Positions 1 through 12,622 of a stretch of 64,000 bases of DNA are shown here, piece after piece. The notes under the pieces were generated by a model that saw only the letters and a list, made by a program, of their open reading frames with translations, was not told where the DNA came from and ran no database searches. The translations under genes and the position numbers were made by a program. Position 1 is the stretch's first letter. Each line of letters opens with the position of its first letter. The stretch is from Dicyema japonicum (lineage: Eukaryota; Animalia; Dicyemida): assembly GCA_011109175.1 (NCBI GenBank), contig RDEW01000069.1, forward strand, positions 102,184 through 166,183, given 5' to 3'.

Positions 1-17
1 CAAACTGTCCTCAAGAG

Positions 18-908
18 TTGCTGAGTTCTTTGTTGGCAAGTGAATGCTTCCAGGAAAGTGTAATTCAGTTTAGTCAGCAGTTGTGGATTGTCTTGGATGA
101 TGCAAAGAGCTCATTTCACGTTCAATCTGCTTTAAATATTGTCGGGAAATGCTTCAGTGTGGTTGAGTCATACATTCCCGTTCAGTACCTCATCATAAAA
201 ATGATAAAAATTGCTGACTGTGCTGAATTTGAAGATTTTCCACATGTCGGGGACCAAAACCCGTCTGACCGTGAACGGTTCTACGCCATGTCATCTCTCA
301 TGAAGATCATTTCTAACCACCCTTTCATGTTTGTGACCACTATCACTCGGGAAATCAAGAAAGGAGATTATGTGGTGGAGAAATTTTTTCCAGTCATCAG
401 ACTTTTGGTGAACTCCTCACCCTTCTCTTTAATATGGGGGAAAAAAGAGATTATCAATGATTTCATAAACATTGTGAGTGTTGTGTCTGTTCATTACAAA
501 GACTACCATTTTTATGACTTGTTCCCAAACTTTCGCGACTTTTCTCAAATTGCATGGAATGAAAAATTCAAAATCGTGGCAGTTGCCTTGGTCACTGGTA
601 AGATTATATTTTTTGATTTGAAAAAGAATAAAATATATTCAATAAAATATCACCAAAAGTGTTGTGATTTTGTTAAATTTTCTCCAAGTTGTGTATTATT
701 TGCTTCTGTTTCAAAAGAAGAGGGAAAACTCGGAATATGGCGGTTGGAGAATTTTTATACAATCTTGTCTTCTCCCGTCTTACGTCTGGTGATGGGCTCC
801 AAACTTGAAAAAATTAATGTCGTTGGCCTTGAGTGGAGGAGTAATACTTGTGTTTCTGTTAGTTTTTTAAATGACGATGATGTGTGTTTTGATACTGCAA
901 ATAAATGA
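18..908 (+). CDS. WDR7: WD repeat protein 7 (rabconnectin-3 beta)-like, C-terminal part
   Basis: LFPNFRDFSQIAWNEKFKIVAVALVTGKIIFFDLKK...HQKCCDFVKFSP aligns without gaps to the WDR7 C-terminal pattern as I recall it (CFPAICRFYMVSY...IAVG..G.VALYDIR...GH...AVAFAP); AMSSLMKIISNHPFMFVTTITREI matches the HALSLIA..P..FITTIAKEV segment. The start lies upstream of the window. Confidence 0.75.
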   Translation: MLSSLLASECFQESVIQFSQQLWIVLDDAKSSFHVQSALNIVGKCFSVVESYIPVQYLIIKMIKIADCAEFEDFPHVGDQNPSDRERFYAMSSLMKIISNHPFMFVTTITREIKKGDYVVEKFFPVIRLLVNSSPFSLIWGKKEIINDFINIVSVVSVHYKDYHFYDLFPNFRDFSQIAWNEKFKIVAVALVTGKIIFFDLKKNKIYSIKYHQKCCDFVKFSPSCVLFASVSKEEGKLGIWRLENFYTILSSPVLRLVMGSKLEKINVVGLEWRSNTCVSVSFLNDDDVCFDTANK

Positions 909-1129
909 TTTTTATTGAATGTCCTCCTAACTCGGTGCCGTTTTTGTCTTTCGTCGACGCAAAAGACCAATGTTGATTCTTGCATGTAGATTAATTAGTT
1001 GGCATTATTTTGAATAATGTAACAAATGTTTTGAAATACAGTCTGGTCTAATTACACTATTTCAGTCTAGTAAAAATTAATCACTTAATATTGATTATTA
1101 CTCCACCTCCATTACTGATGCAGCCCTCA

Positions 1130-2030
1130 ATATATAACGGAGATCAACTAGAGAAGCCACCCGGTCTCATGTGCGTCTCGGCTTTTTAGTGTAGCTTGGC
1201 GTCTAAGTTTCTTTAGGAAACGAAACGATTTTCCACTTATTCTTCCAGTTGTCTCGATCACAATGGGATAGAAAGTGAACCGATCGTGCAATGCTTCATA
1301 TTTTTTCTCTTTTGCTTTCATTGTTTTTTTCATCATATAGTGAGTCTACCGCGCTCCCACAATGTTGGATTGGCAAAGTTGGTCGACACAGGTAGCATCC
1401 CAGACCGAAGGTTTCCCCTCTTCGAATGGGAAAATTGTGATCCCGTCAGGACGTTTACCGTCTTTTCTGTCCAAGCCAACAGGTTCAAGTATGTCGGGGT
1501 ATCTCGCTTGACAATTCCGTTGATCGCCTTATGTCTTGAGAATCGTATTGCACTTCTTAGACAAGAAAGGGCATGGTGTCCATAACAGTCGACGGTAGCG
1601 CCTACATTTGTGAGTCCGGCAAATCTCCAGTCTAAGTCTGTTGGAGGTTCCGATTTCACATCTTCCAGTGACTGGACAGGCACGTCTGTGTTGATTTGAT
1701 TGGTTCAGAAGTTTCTCATATTTATCTCCGCAGATGGTCCTGTAACGTTTTTTCTGCTCAGGCATCATACCTTTCAAATGCTCCATATCTGTGATTTCAA
1801 ATGATTATGTTTGGAGTTGAAGAATCATCCTGATCAACAGTCGGCTGGAGCCCAAAGAGGACAGATACGGGGGCAAGCCAGATCTTTCGGTAAAGAGATT
1901 CCCAATCAGCCCAGGGTAACGGGAAAGGTCGCTTGGTCCCACCCTCGGTAGTCAAATTTCACATTGGTGATGTTAATAGTGGTCCGGACGAGGGAATCGA
2001 TAGCATCGAGATGTTGCATTTTCAGGTAGT
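1130..2030 (-). mobile_element. Degenerate CRE-clade (RLE) non-LTR retrotransposon, 3' part
   Basis: Frameshifted fragments CYGHHALSC..RFSRHKAIN (zinc motif), an RPD endonuclease motif and KYEALHDRFTFYPIVIETTG..GWLL. Confidence 0.75.
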
Positions 2031-2899
2031 AGAAAAAAATTAATTATTTTTAAATAAAAAAAAACTCCACACTAAATCATTATGAATCTTAGTTACGACA
2101 AAAAAGTTGAAATTGCTCGACTAGTCCTGAAAAATCATTCACACAGAGTACTTGCTCGAAATTATGAAACGATCATTATCACAATAGCTCGAATAAAAAA
2201 CGATTATGCCGTACATAACACGTGGGAACATTATTTCAAATTTTCGAACTCAAACAAAAACTTACGATATTTTTAAAACTTTGGATAGTAAAGTTATCGA
2301 CTCTCTTCAACAAATACGACTCCAAAACATTCCAGTTTTTGACCTCTTATTAAAAAAATTGGTTTTTGCTTTTCTTACATCTTAAGGTACGAAAATTGCA
2401 ACTAAATTGAACTTTACAAGCTTTAAAGCATCGAATGGATAGCTAGTGAATTAAAAAAAGACTTGAATTCAAATTCAAAATCCTTACGGGCGAAAAAAAC
2501 TCATGCAGTCGTGATGGAATTCAATTTTTTTGAAAGTTTTTTTAATGAAAAAATTGATGAATATGTAAAAAAATAATATTTTCCATCATGATGAAACTTT
2601 CTTTTTATAAAAAAAGACCCCAAAAAATCATTTGTACAAAAAATAAAAATTCGTCAGGGTCTAAAATAATTAAGGAAAAAATTTCTTTGCTCTTCTATTG
2701 TAGTTATTCTGACAAAAAAGTTTGATTTTTTATTAATTGGGAAATTCAAAAATCCCAGATGTTTCAGAAATTTAAACCCAGAGGATTATGGTGTTCTGTA
2801 CTCGCCATGACTGGATGACAAGAGATAATTTAATAAATGGTTATTTTTAATAAATGAACGAATGAAAATTTTGTTAATATTATTAATTAAAACGAGGCT

Positions 2900-3960
2900 T
2901 CAAAAATTAAAATAAGGCATCTGAATGGCAATGCTATTTCCCCTAACAATAACCAACGAGATGGCCAGGTTTGAGACCGTCAACTCCTCCACTGCTACTT
3001 CTTCGGAAAGAACAAAGAGAATTGTAAATGGCTGAAGTGGAAATATCATGCATAGATTGTTCTGGACGAACAGGTTTACAAAAGTCTTCTGGTTCTAGAA
3101 AATGTTTCTGTCCCAATATACATAGTGTCTCCTGAGTGGCTTTCACCGGGTCAGAATCCGTACAAACAGTTCGAACTGCAGCAGTAAGATCGCCCTCCAT
3201 CAATTTCCTCCTGACACGAGAGCGATGCCTCTCAGGAGCCATACTGGATTGTGTGGAATTGGACTTTGGGAAGTAATCAACTGGGGAAACAAATAATCTT
3301 TCAGCCAGGGACTCCCATGAATCCATAAAGGCACTCACGCGCTTCTTTAGGACATGGGATAGAAAGGGTTTCCGAGAAGATGGGGCAGGCTTACGTTCTA
3401 ACCCAATAGCCAGGACAGGGAAAGAGAAAAGAACCATCCAATTCTTTTTCGAGTCATTGGACACAGCTTTCTCAATGCAGGAAGAAAGGGCAGAAGCAAT
3501 TGAGATCCGGGAAGCCTTGGGGATCCTGACAGGGATAATCTTTCTTTGTCGCGTGTTTGATAATAAAACCAGAAAATCCTCCGGAGACATAGCTTCCAGG
3601 AGATCTGATACAGATGATGACACAAAATGCTCATGAGGTTCAATTTTAGTGAGTTCCAGTCGGCACGACCGGCACGACTACGAGGGAAGTGATTTTCTTG
3701 GATAGTTTTTCACAACCTATGTGGTAGTAACCAACACATACAGAACATCGAATCCCGCACTTGCGAGAATTGGATACTCTGCACCCTTTGCATGAGGTGT
3801 CTTCGTGTAGTACTTCATAAAAAACAGACATGAATAGATAATAGGAGAGAGAACTGTATATATTAACGACGACAACAACAACAACGACAATGAAAATTGA
3901 ACAGAGAAAAATTTTAATCCTTCTTGACAATGCTCTGTGTCATGAAGATAAATGCTACTC
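2900..3960 (-). mobile_element. Internally deleted CRE-clade non-LTR element
   Basis: ORF 2943-3623 (RRKLMEGDLTAAVRTV...SSGGVDGLKPGHL) is joined directly to the C-terminal IVRGNSIAIQMP end; a Cys/His-rich N-terminus (CSVCVGYYHIGC) lies at 3646-3930. Confidence 0.75.
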
Positions 3961-4059
3961 AAATATCAAATTGCTTTTTTTACCAAAAAATACAACACCA
4001 ATTCTTCAACCATTGGACAATGGGATAATCAAAGCTTTTAAGTTAATTTTTTTTAATGT

Positions 4060-4790
4060 GTGAAAAATTTATTAACTATGGGGGAGAGCGGCTGCTGACA
4101 TTACGGAGTAAGCGTTTCCGCGGACAACTGCGATACCAATTCGTTGCCTCAGCCAGACCGCTTGCTGCAAGTCAGACTTTAGCAAGTCGAAGATATTCTT
4201 GGAGTAGATATCATCCCAGTCACGTTTCCTCGAAGGATCGTTCGGCATATTCAAACCAGTTTCACACCATTCGCGACGAGCTTCGTCGATGACTTTTTCA
4301 CAAAAAAATCCGGTTGGAAATCGTAGGATATCTTGGACCTAAAAGCTGCCACTTGATAGCGATGACACATTTGCTGGAAAGGCGATCTCCATCGCCGACC
4401 TGAGACCCGTACCTCCGAGGCGTTTAGGAACCTTGTATTGGTTCCAACTCGGCATATCAAAGTGGATGTTTAGAAGCAATTCAGCTGATTTTTTCAATGT
4501 TTTATCCAGTGACAGGAGGATGTCACGATATTTGAAGCAGGGAGAACATCGGAGAGCATATAAGAGTTTGGGCAGGCCGATGCTGTTCTTCAAAAGGATG
4601 AACGCTGTATGAGCATCGAGTAAGGAGAGTTTCTCCGTGACTCTAGAGAGTTCATCCTCTTTTGTTAGTAGATGGCTCCGCAGTTCTCGTTCGTCAAGTG
4701 GGCACCCGAGAAATTATATCTGCTCCTTGAATACGACAGTAATTCCAGGAAGTAGCGAGTTGAAAGACTCGACCATAATTTAATTTTTTC
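4060..4790 (-). mobile_element. CRE-clade non-LTR fragments (RT and C-terminus)
   Basis: GLPKLLYALRCSPC, LGGTGLRSAMEIAFPA and WLRQRIGIAVVRGNA motifs. Confidence 0.75.
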
Positions 4791-4970
4791 TATATATTCA
4801 CCATCGAGTTGAAAGACTTCTTACCTAGCAAGCGCAGAACCATTCTCAAGAAATGAGGCGATTAACTGAATTGGAAACGATCCCTGGAGTCTATCAGATA
4901 CTCCTCCATACTGAAACCGATTGGCAGCGCAAAAGAGATCGAAAAAGGCCGGACGAAATTAAAATTAAGT

Positions 4971-5029
4971 NNNNNNNNNNNNNNNNNNNNNNNNNNNNNN
5001 NNNNNNNNNNNNNNNNNNNNNNNNNNNNT
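4971..5029. other. Assembly gap (N run)
   Basis: Run of N. Confidence 1.
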
Positions 5030-5039
5030 AAATAAAATT

Positions 5040-5982
5040 TATTGCAGAACACTACACTCAATTATGTTCAAATGTATTGATGAAACAAATGTCGACCTAT
5101 ATACTTCCTCAAAATGGTTATCCAAAGGAAATAACGGCCCACGGAGCGAAGCATTGTACTGTCTTTTGCAAGATAGGAATTTGTTTTTTGCACACACGGG
5201 GTCATTGTGCAACCATTGTAAAAAAGCAAGAAAACTGTTAATCATTTGGCCACTCAGTGTAGTAAAATGCTAATAGTGATTATCTTTGAAGACATAATGA
5301 AGTGGTAAAGTGCATCCATCTTCATCTTTGTCGAATTTATGGAATCAAAAGAAGCAGGAAATTGAAAGGAAATTCGGTTCAGTCAATATTGAAGAATCAA
5401 AATGTCGAAAATAGTGTTGACACGTCGATTTTGACAGAAACGAAAGTCCAATACAATAAACCTGATATTTTTGTGTATGACAAAACAAAGAAGGAAGTAA
5501 CTTTAATTGAAGTGGGGATTACCTCACAAGACCGAGTGAAGCAAGTTGAAGTTGAGAAACTTCCCAAATATGACGTGCTTGAAAATGAACTTTCGCTGCT
5601 CTATGAATGCCAAGTGATGATTATTCCAGTGGTTTTGACATGGGATGGAGTTGTCTCAAGATGCTTCAAGAATCATATGGATAAATTATGTATTGAAGAA
5701 TCAACGAGGACTTACATCCAATCGGTTGTGCTGAAGAGAACGCTCGAAAGTATGCTCATTGAACATAAGCATGGGATGAAGGTATACGAAGAAGAGTACG
5801 CCTCTGCTACTTCCCAACTTGTGGAACTGGCATGCCGTGAAGACAGCCCACTGGACTCTAACGGAGATATTTTGACTGAATCTGATGCGGAGATGCGGAG
5901 TAACAAGGAGGTTATGGCACACTCTTCTTCTAAGAGAATAAGAGAAATTACCAACAATCTGAATCAAAATACGCTTAATTAG
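5040..5982 (+). mobile_element. R2/R4-type RLE non-LTR retrotransposon, 3' end
   Basis: CCHC-like C..C...TVNHLATQC, RHNEVVKCIH, YNKPDIFVYD...LIEVGIT...KYD..L endonuclease motifs; interrupted by stops and frameshifts. Confidence 0.8.
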
Positions 5983-6354
5983 TTAATTTACTCGTTACTA
6001 TTATTTTATTCCATGAGTTATATTATTAAAAACTAAGTATTTTGATACTGCATCCATTCTTCAATTTTACTTTTTTTCAAAAAATAAATAAAAGTGATTA
6101 TTTTAAAATAAAAAATATATATTTGTAATCCTTTTTCATTAACGAACAAAAATATATAATTATTTATTTAAATGATTAAAATCATTGACCATGTGAGGCC
6201 ACGTACGGGCCATATTATTTAAATAATTATTAAGGCCAGATTATTTTACAAAAGTAATGTTAATAATTTAGTTGAAATTATATCCTTTTTTATTAACAAC
6301 AACACCTTTTCCACGAGCAATTTAGTGTTTGAAGTTCTCCAACACACTCTAGAT

Positions 6355-6990
6355 CAGGGATTCTCAACGGCGGCCCCCCAGGATTTTGGTGCGGCCCGCT
6401 TAAAATTATAAAAAAAATATTACATATTTTACATAATGCAGCCAGATTTTAACTGTGGTTTTTCTTTCTGTTTGTTTCGTACAATAAACTTTTTATGGTT
6501 AAAATTTTTTTACATATTTTAACTATTGTTTTTAAATTAAATATTTTTTGTATTAAATTTTAATTAATATTGTTTCGTACAATAAACTTTTTATGGTTAA
6601 AAATTTTTTACATATTTTAACTATTGTTTTTAAATTAAATATTTTTTGTATTAAATTTTAATTAATATTGCTTGTAATGTCTGGAAAACGTGTTAAAAGT
6701 AGAAAAATTATTCAAGAAAATCGTGCATTTAACCCCGAATGGGAGGAACAATTTTTCGTTATTGAAGAAAATGGCAAAGCACATTGCCTGATTTGTCATT
6801 TTGTTATACGATGTCTTAAGTTATAAAATGTCGAGAGGCATTATATGAAACATTCTTCAGAATATGATTCATTTCAATGTGAATCAAGAAAAATCAAATT
6901 TCTATCTATGAAATCAAATCGCAAACTACAAACCACTTTGTTTAAACAGCCCATGTCATCAAGATCCGCCAAAATAACTTCTTTCAAAAT
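6355..6990 (+). mobile_element. hAT (Buster/SPIN-like) DNA transposon left end with transposase N-terminus
   Basis: End motif CAGGGATTCTCAAC preceded by ctcTAgat; ATG at 6677 gives MSGKRVKSRKIIQENRAFNPEWEEQFF...HCLIC...NVERHY (BED-type zinc finger) with an internal stop. Confidence 0.7.
6472..6670. repeat. Two-copy tandem duplication, ~98 bp period
   Basis: Near-identical direct repeat starting TTGTTTCGTACAATAAAC. Confidence 0.9.
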
Positions 6991-7289
6991 TGTTGGAACC
7001 AGATATTATCCTCAATGATAATAAAAAAAGTACTATTAGTCAAAAACCATCCAGTGTAGTTCCCACTAAATGGCACTTTCATAATTTCTAAGCATTGATG
7101 AATGCTAGCAATGCTGGGATTATCTGAATTTATTCATTATGTATATTTCTATGTTTTTCTGGTTAAATTGCACTATGTTTTATATATATTCCTTACCGAT
7201 TTCTTTGTTCATTGTGGAAACTTTTAATCGCAGAGGATATAAAAAACCTTACAAAAAACACAACTGGCATGTGAATACAAAATCCCTGT

Positions 7290-7883
7290 ATGCTGTCTAC
7301 AATAGACAAAAAAGACCTTACAATTTACGAAACAGTTTGGGAATTCCACATTGTTTCCCTCTCATTTGCCTGCCGACATTATTGTCTAGGAAATGTTGTC
7401 CAAAAGAATCCAAATGAATTGAAATATTTGAATTCATGTCCTGAGAACGATAAGTTATTTCAAGATTCAAGTTTACATCGTATTTCGGAAGTAGTACAGA
7501 AGGACATTTTTTACATCGAATTAACGCGTGAAGATGTTGAAATAAAGGACGTTGTTAATATGATTCGAGTTTATCCAAATTTATCAAATATTACAATAAG
7601 AAGAATTTTTCATACAAAAAGAATCCTTTACTTTCTATTTCCCCGATTGCGTTATGATGACCCAGATTTGCTACATTATCTATTTATGACTGGATTTAGA
7701 AAACTAAGTCGTCTCAAACTCCTTGCACAAAATAAGTCTATGACTATTTATAAAAGTACATTAAAAATAATTGAAAAACTGGAACGCATAGATTTTCACA
7801 ACGTCTTAGTTACCAATTTTTCTGAATTTACTGAAGGCATTAATAATCCAGAGTCTTTAAGGTGGATTTTGTATCAAATCTAG
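7290..7883 (+). CDS. Hypothetical protein
   Basis: 197-codon open frame in AT-rich DNA; no recognised motif. Confidence 0.25.
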   Translation: MLSTIDKKDLTIYETVWEFHIVSLSFACRHYCLGNVVQKNPNELKYLNSCPENDKLFQDSSLHRISEVVQKDIFYIELTREDVEIKDVVNMIRVYPNLSNITIRRIFHTKRILYFLFPRLRYDDPDLLHYLFMTGFRKLSRLKLLAQNKSMTIYKSTLKIIEKLERIDFHNVLVTNFSEFTEGINNPESLRWILYQI

Positions 7884-8407
7884 ATATTTTATACATACAA
7901 GTGATGGAAAACTAAAAAAATACGACTGTAATTTTTTTTCACTTTTTAAAAAAGCCAAAAATCTTACTTGCGCGAATTTTTCTGGATATTTTATTAAAAG
8001 AAAAATACTAAAAAACTTAACCAAGTAATTTACTTTAATAATTTTAGACTAGTCATAAAAATTGGATTTAAAAAATTTCACCATAATGAAATTTTACATT
8101 TCAGTAAAAATATAAGTGATTCTGTATATTTTATAAAAGAATGTAGAATGATCCGCAATCAATTATAAATAACCTTGTCTCGTTTATACAACATTTCGAT
8201 AATAAAATAAAACTATTTACCTATGTTATGCGAAAGATTAATTATGTTCATTTTAAAATTAAAAATAAATTATTAAACCCATTTTTTAAAGTATTCTAAA
8301 ATATAAATTTAGTTTATACGTCGGTACATGCATTTTAATATAGATTTCAGTACAACTCTATACAACAAAATAAAAACCAAGCGATTCCACACTCTACCAT
8401 TTGGTAT

Positions 8408-8685
8408 CATATATCTCATCCATAGCTTTATTTTTGAAATTTTTCTTGAGATGATCAGTTATGACTATAACACTCCGTATCACACTATAATATCTTATTT
8501 TTAGACTTTAATTCGGTTTTTAGTCTATTTTAAACCGTGGAATATCCATATATCTCATCCATAGCTTTATTTTTGAAATTTTTCTTGAGATGATCAGTTA
8601 TGACTATAACACTCCGTATCACACTATAATATCTTATTTTTAGACTTTAATTCGGTTTTTAGTCTATTTTAAACCGTGGAATATC
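8408..8685. repeat. Two-copy tandem duplication, 139 bp period
   Basis: Direct repeat starting CATATATCTCATCC at 8408 and 8547. Confidence 0.9.
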
Positions 8686-8845
8686 TCAATTTTTGTTTGT
8701 TAATTCTTATTTTAGCTTCTTGCACTGTCAGTTATGTTAATAAAACTTCATTACGCATATAAATTTGTTCAGCCTGATTGTAACTTAATAATGAAAAATA
8801 TGAGTATCAATCTTATAGCTTATGTTGGCTATTCTGAAGGACTTG

Positions 8846-9229
8846 TCAAAGTTCATATTCACTCGAATTTGAAAAGAGCAAGCTCTTGAAATTGGTAACG
8901 GATTTCGATGTCCCGAATCTTTGGTTAAAAGCATTCGTAATCAGAGGCCAACCACCACGGGGCATTCTCTTAAATCTGGATTTTGTAGCTTCAACTACTT
9001 CCACAGCCCATTGTCTCTTGTCCACAGTGTGAACTTTGTCGACTACGCATTGCAGTGAGAGAAGATGTTCTTTAAGATCAGTATTGACAACTTTTTGGGT
9101 CTTGGACAAGTCATCGACCACATTCTCTACGTTTCTTTTGTTTTTTCTTTTAGTAACTTTCGTAGATAGGTCGATTGAAACATCTTTTCTTCTTTTCTTA
9201 CAAGAAACAGCCATGCCCACAACAACCAA
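8846..9229 (-). mobile_element. Fragment of an unclassified repeat family (probable retroelement ORF N-terminus)
   Basis: DLSTKVTKRKNKRNVENVVDD..GGWPLITNAFNQRF recurs, diverged, at ~10950-11640 (+) and ~10490-10590 (+). Confidence 0.45.
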
Positions 9230-9716
9230 AAAATTAATTCAAAGTTCATATTACAATATAATTTTATATATTTTGTTAGACGAAAATGAAGATTTTTTTA
9301 GATTATAATGGAATTTATTATATTTATTATTTTTTCGAAAGATATTGCATATCTCGACCTGATCTAGAATTTATATTAATTCCAATCATTTACATCGTAG
9401 AAATTATAGCTAAATGTTCAAACTCCAGACATTTAATATGGACGGTCTAATAAATTTAATATTGTAAAAATTTTTTTATTTAAAAGAGACATGGAATTAC
9501 CTGAATATTATCATCATATAACCTTTTTCGTTTTTAGATGTATCTGCCATATATTAAGAGACCCAAATGATATTTCCCTTATATTTATGAATTCTACTCA
9601 TAGCGATTTGAATCCACGTGAGCTTATACTAAATAAAATTGTTCAGTTTATAAAAAATCATTCTACTGATGTCGAAGATTATTTCAATAGGTTGATATTT
9701 CATAAGTTCTATCTTA

Positions 9717-10023
9717 AGGTCAATGAAATCCACAGTAAATTTATTGGATGCAAACACAGATGAACGAATTTGGCTTTGGGCTGTGTGGGAATGTGCTAAT
9801 TTATTTAGGAGATATGGTTATTCCTTATTTTTATAATAGCACGTAGACATGTGGGCATGCTTATTTCTCAGGTCAATGAAATCCACGGTAAGTTTATTGG
9901 ATGCAAACACAGATGAACGAATTTGGCTTTGGGCTGTGTGGGAATGTGCTAATTTAATTAGGAGATATGGTTATTCCTTATTTTTATAATAGCACGTAGA
10001 CATGTGAGCATGCTTATTTCTCA
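9717..10023. repeat. Two-copy tandem duplication, 153 bp period
   Basis: AGGTCAATGAAATCCAC at 9717 and 9870. Confidence 0.9.
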
Positions 10024-10643
10024 ACATTCTTATGAAAATTGAAAATATCTGTTTACTATCCAACATGAAAGAGATTCATTATTATGCAGAAATTTTTAGG
10101 ACAAATTATAATGTTGTTATTTTTTTAAATTTAGTATTATATTAATCGACAGTAAAGTTAATTAATATTAATTACTTTATTAATAATATTACTAATAAAT
10201 TAAATATTTGATTTTTGTGACGTGTGTCTGTGTTTCTACTAGCACAAACATTTCCAATGGACCAATCTTCGAAGTACCCAACAGAGAAATCAGTAAAAAC
10301 GTAGATTTTGTGGTTCCTGGTTTGTTCGGAACACAAAATCTGATGTACAACTTCTCAATCTTGTGCCGCTACAAATTTCCATTCCAATCTTCTCTCTTTA
10401 CAGGCAATCAGTTATACACTCAAGTATGTTGACAAACTCAATTGGGTCGTTGATGTAGCCATGGCTGCTCAAAGAAGATTCAACATAATTCCTCATGGAG
10501 GATGGCCGATGATTACACGTGCATATAACAAAAAGATTCCCACTAGTGGTGGATTTGAAGACACTCAAGAAGTTCAATGATTGACTAATATCCTCAATAA
10601 ATAAGAGCAATTGGAAATATGGAATAGAGACAAAACCGAATAA

Positions 10644-10831
10644 GCAACTTACATCATATTGGCCAATTTATGGCTAAAAGTTCACGTCATGGGTTAAAAA
10701 AATCCAATTTTGCTAAGAAATTGGCTAATTCTCAAATGCAACTTATATCATATTGGCCAATTTATGGCTTAAAGTTCACGTCATGGGTTAAAAAAATCCA
10801 ATTTTGCCGAAAAATTGGCTAATTCTCAAAT
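10644..10831. repeat. Two-copy tandem duplication, 94 bp period
   Basis: GCAACTTA.ATCATATTGGCC at 10644 and 10738. Confidence 0.9.
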
Positions 10832-10949
10832 TGGGCCAAGATGAGGTCCTGATAGAGCGTGCTGGGATCTCGTGATTAGATAGTTTCTGTAACCGTGGTC
10901 TCTGGTGTTATATTAATAATATTTTTTTTAAATTTTAATATCTTGTTGT

Positions 10950-11640
10950 TGTGGACATGGTGGTTTCTTGTAAGAAAAGAAAAAAATGTTTCATTCGACC
11001 TATCTACGAAAATTACTAAAAGAAAAAACAATAGGACCGTAGAGAATGTAGTCGATGACTTTACCAAAACGCAAAAAGTTGTCAATATTGACCTTAAAGA
11101 ACATATCCCTCTACAATGTCTATTTACAAAGTTCACACTGTGGACCTGATACAATAGGCTGTGGAGATCGTTGAGTCTGCAACATCAAAATTCAAGAAGA
11201 TTTCCCGTGGTGGATGGCCTCTGATAACGATAGCTTTTAACTTGAGATTTTGGAAATCCAAGTCCATTGCCGATTTCAAGTGCTTGCTTTCCTCCAAATC
11301 CTTTGTGCTCTGTCAGTGGAAGAAAAACAGTTGGTAAAAGTTTCAAACTTTGGAAAACGTTTTGGTGAGTTTTGTTGCCAATTTGCAAAATTACTCACCT
11401 CAGGAAGGAACTTTTGTGTACTTGCAACGAAGATTCCCAGACAAATTTTAGAAAGGAGATTCTGTGTGGAATTAAAGCATCAATTAAAGAATATAATGAT
11501 TCCTTGCCAAGCTTGGATATCAGCGATATCACCGATATCATATATTCTGGGCACTGTATTTATGAGGCTCTTACCAAGAAAAACACTAAAGAAGTTGGGA
11601 ATAATCAATGAAAAACAAACTCACTAAACTTAAGCAACAA
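10950..11640 (+). mobile_element. Second, frameshifted copy of the 8846-9229 repeat family
   Basis: Shared peptide motifs with 8846-9229 in the opposite orientation. Confidence 0.45.
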
Positions 11641-12380
11641 CTTGAGCAAATTCAAATGGCTAGTGAAATGAACCAAAAGAATCAATTTGAAAAAGAAATT
11701 TCCCTCATTGCTGATTATTCAGGGAGTACCATTTGACAGAAAAAACAAAAAGGACCATAACACGATTAGCGCTAGGCAATTAGTCATAAGAGATGTATCG
11801 TGCGCTTAGCTTCCTCCTCCGACCAATTATTACTGATTATTTTCACGGTGGTACCTAGTATCGTCATCTCGCCATTTTGCTAGGTGATAGCCCGAAAACG
11901 GTAGGGATCTCAGAAGCGACCATATTCCTCAAAAACTAGTTATTAACATTAAGCAGGATATCAAGGAAGATGTTTTCCTGAGGTTAAGCATTTCTCGTGT
12001 GGATTGGCCCATGATTTTCATGTCGAATAATTTGTGATTTACCTAAAGAATTTTCAAGAAAATAAACGGGGGCCAGCTGTTTGAGGAAAGATCTCTAATT
12101 TTCAGGTCACCAACGAATGAACATAGTGGATTCCCTTATTCTTGTCCGAACCTGTGGAATTTATAGCCATTCATTCCTATTGACTTCTTTGATAATGGAG
12201 TGACGAGTGTAGGATATGTTCTACTTTGTAAAGAGCCATGTCTCTATAAACATCAGGCCAACTAACTACTTAAAAGCCATAATATCAGATAACTGTAAAT
12301 CATTATTGTAATATTAATAATTGAATACTCAAATCTGTAATTGATAATAACGTTTTCCGTTGTATTTTATTATGTAAACC

Positions 12381-12622
12381 ATAGCAAATATTACAGCAAT
12401 TCCATCAATCACACAAACAGCTATTATAAATTCGTTTTCTAAATTTTACTCAATATTACTGAATGCCTGAGAGTTCGTTGTACTTCGAGTACCATGGCTT
12501 GATAGCAAATATTACAGCAATTCCATCAATCACACAAACAGCTATTATAAATTCGTTTTCTAAATTTTACTCAATATTACTGAATGCCTGAGAGTTCGTT
12601 GTACTTCGAGTACCATGGCTTG
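12381..12622. repeat. Two-copy tandem duplication, 121 bp period
   Basis: ATAGCAAATATTACAGC at 12381 and 12502. Confidence 0.9.

Noticed and set aside
2082-2276. Possible transposase HTH fragment
   Set aside because: Too short, with no TIRs or catalytic motifs identified.
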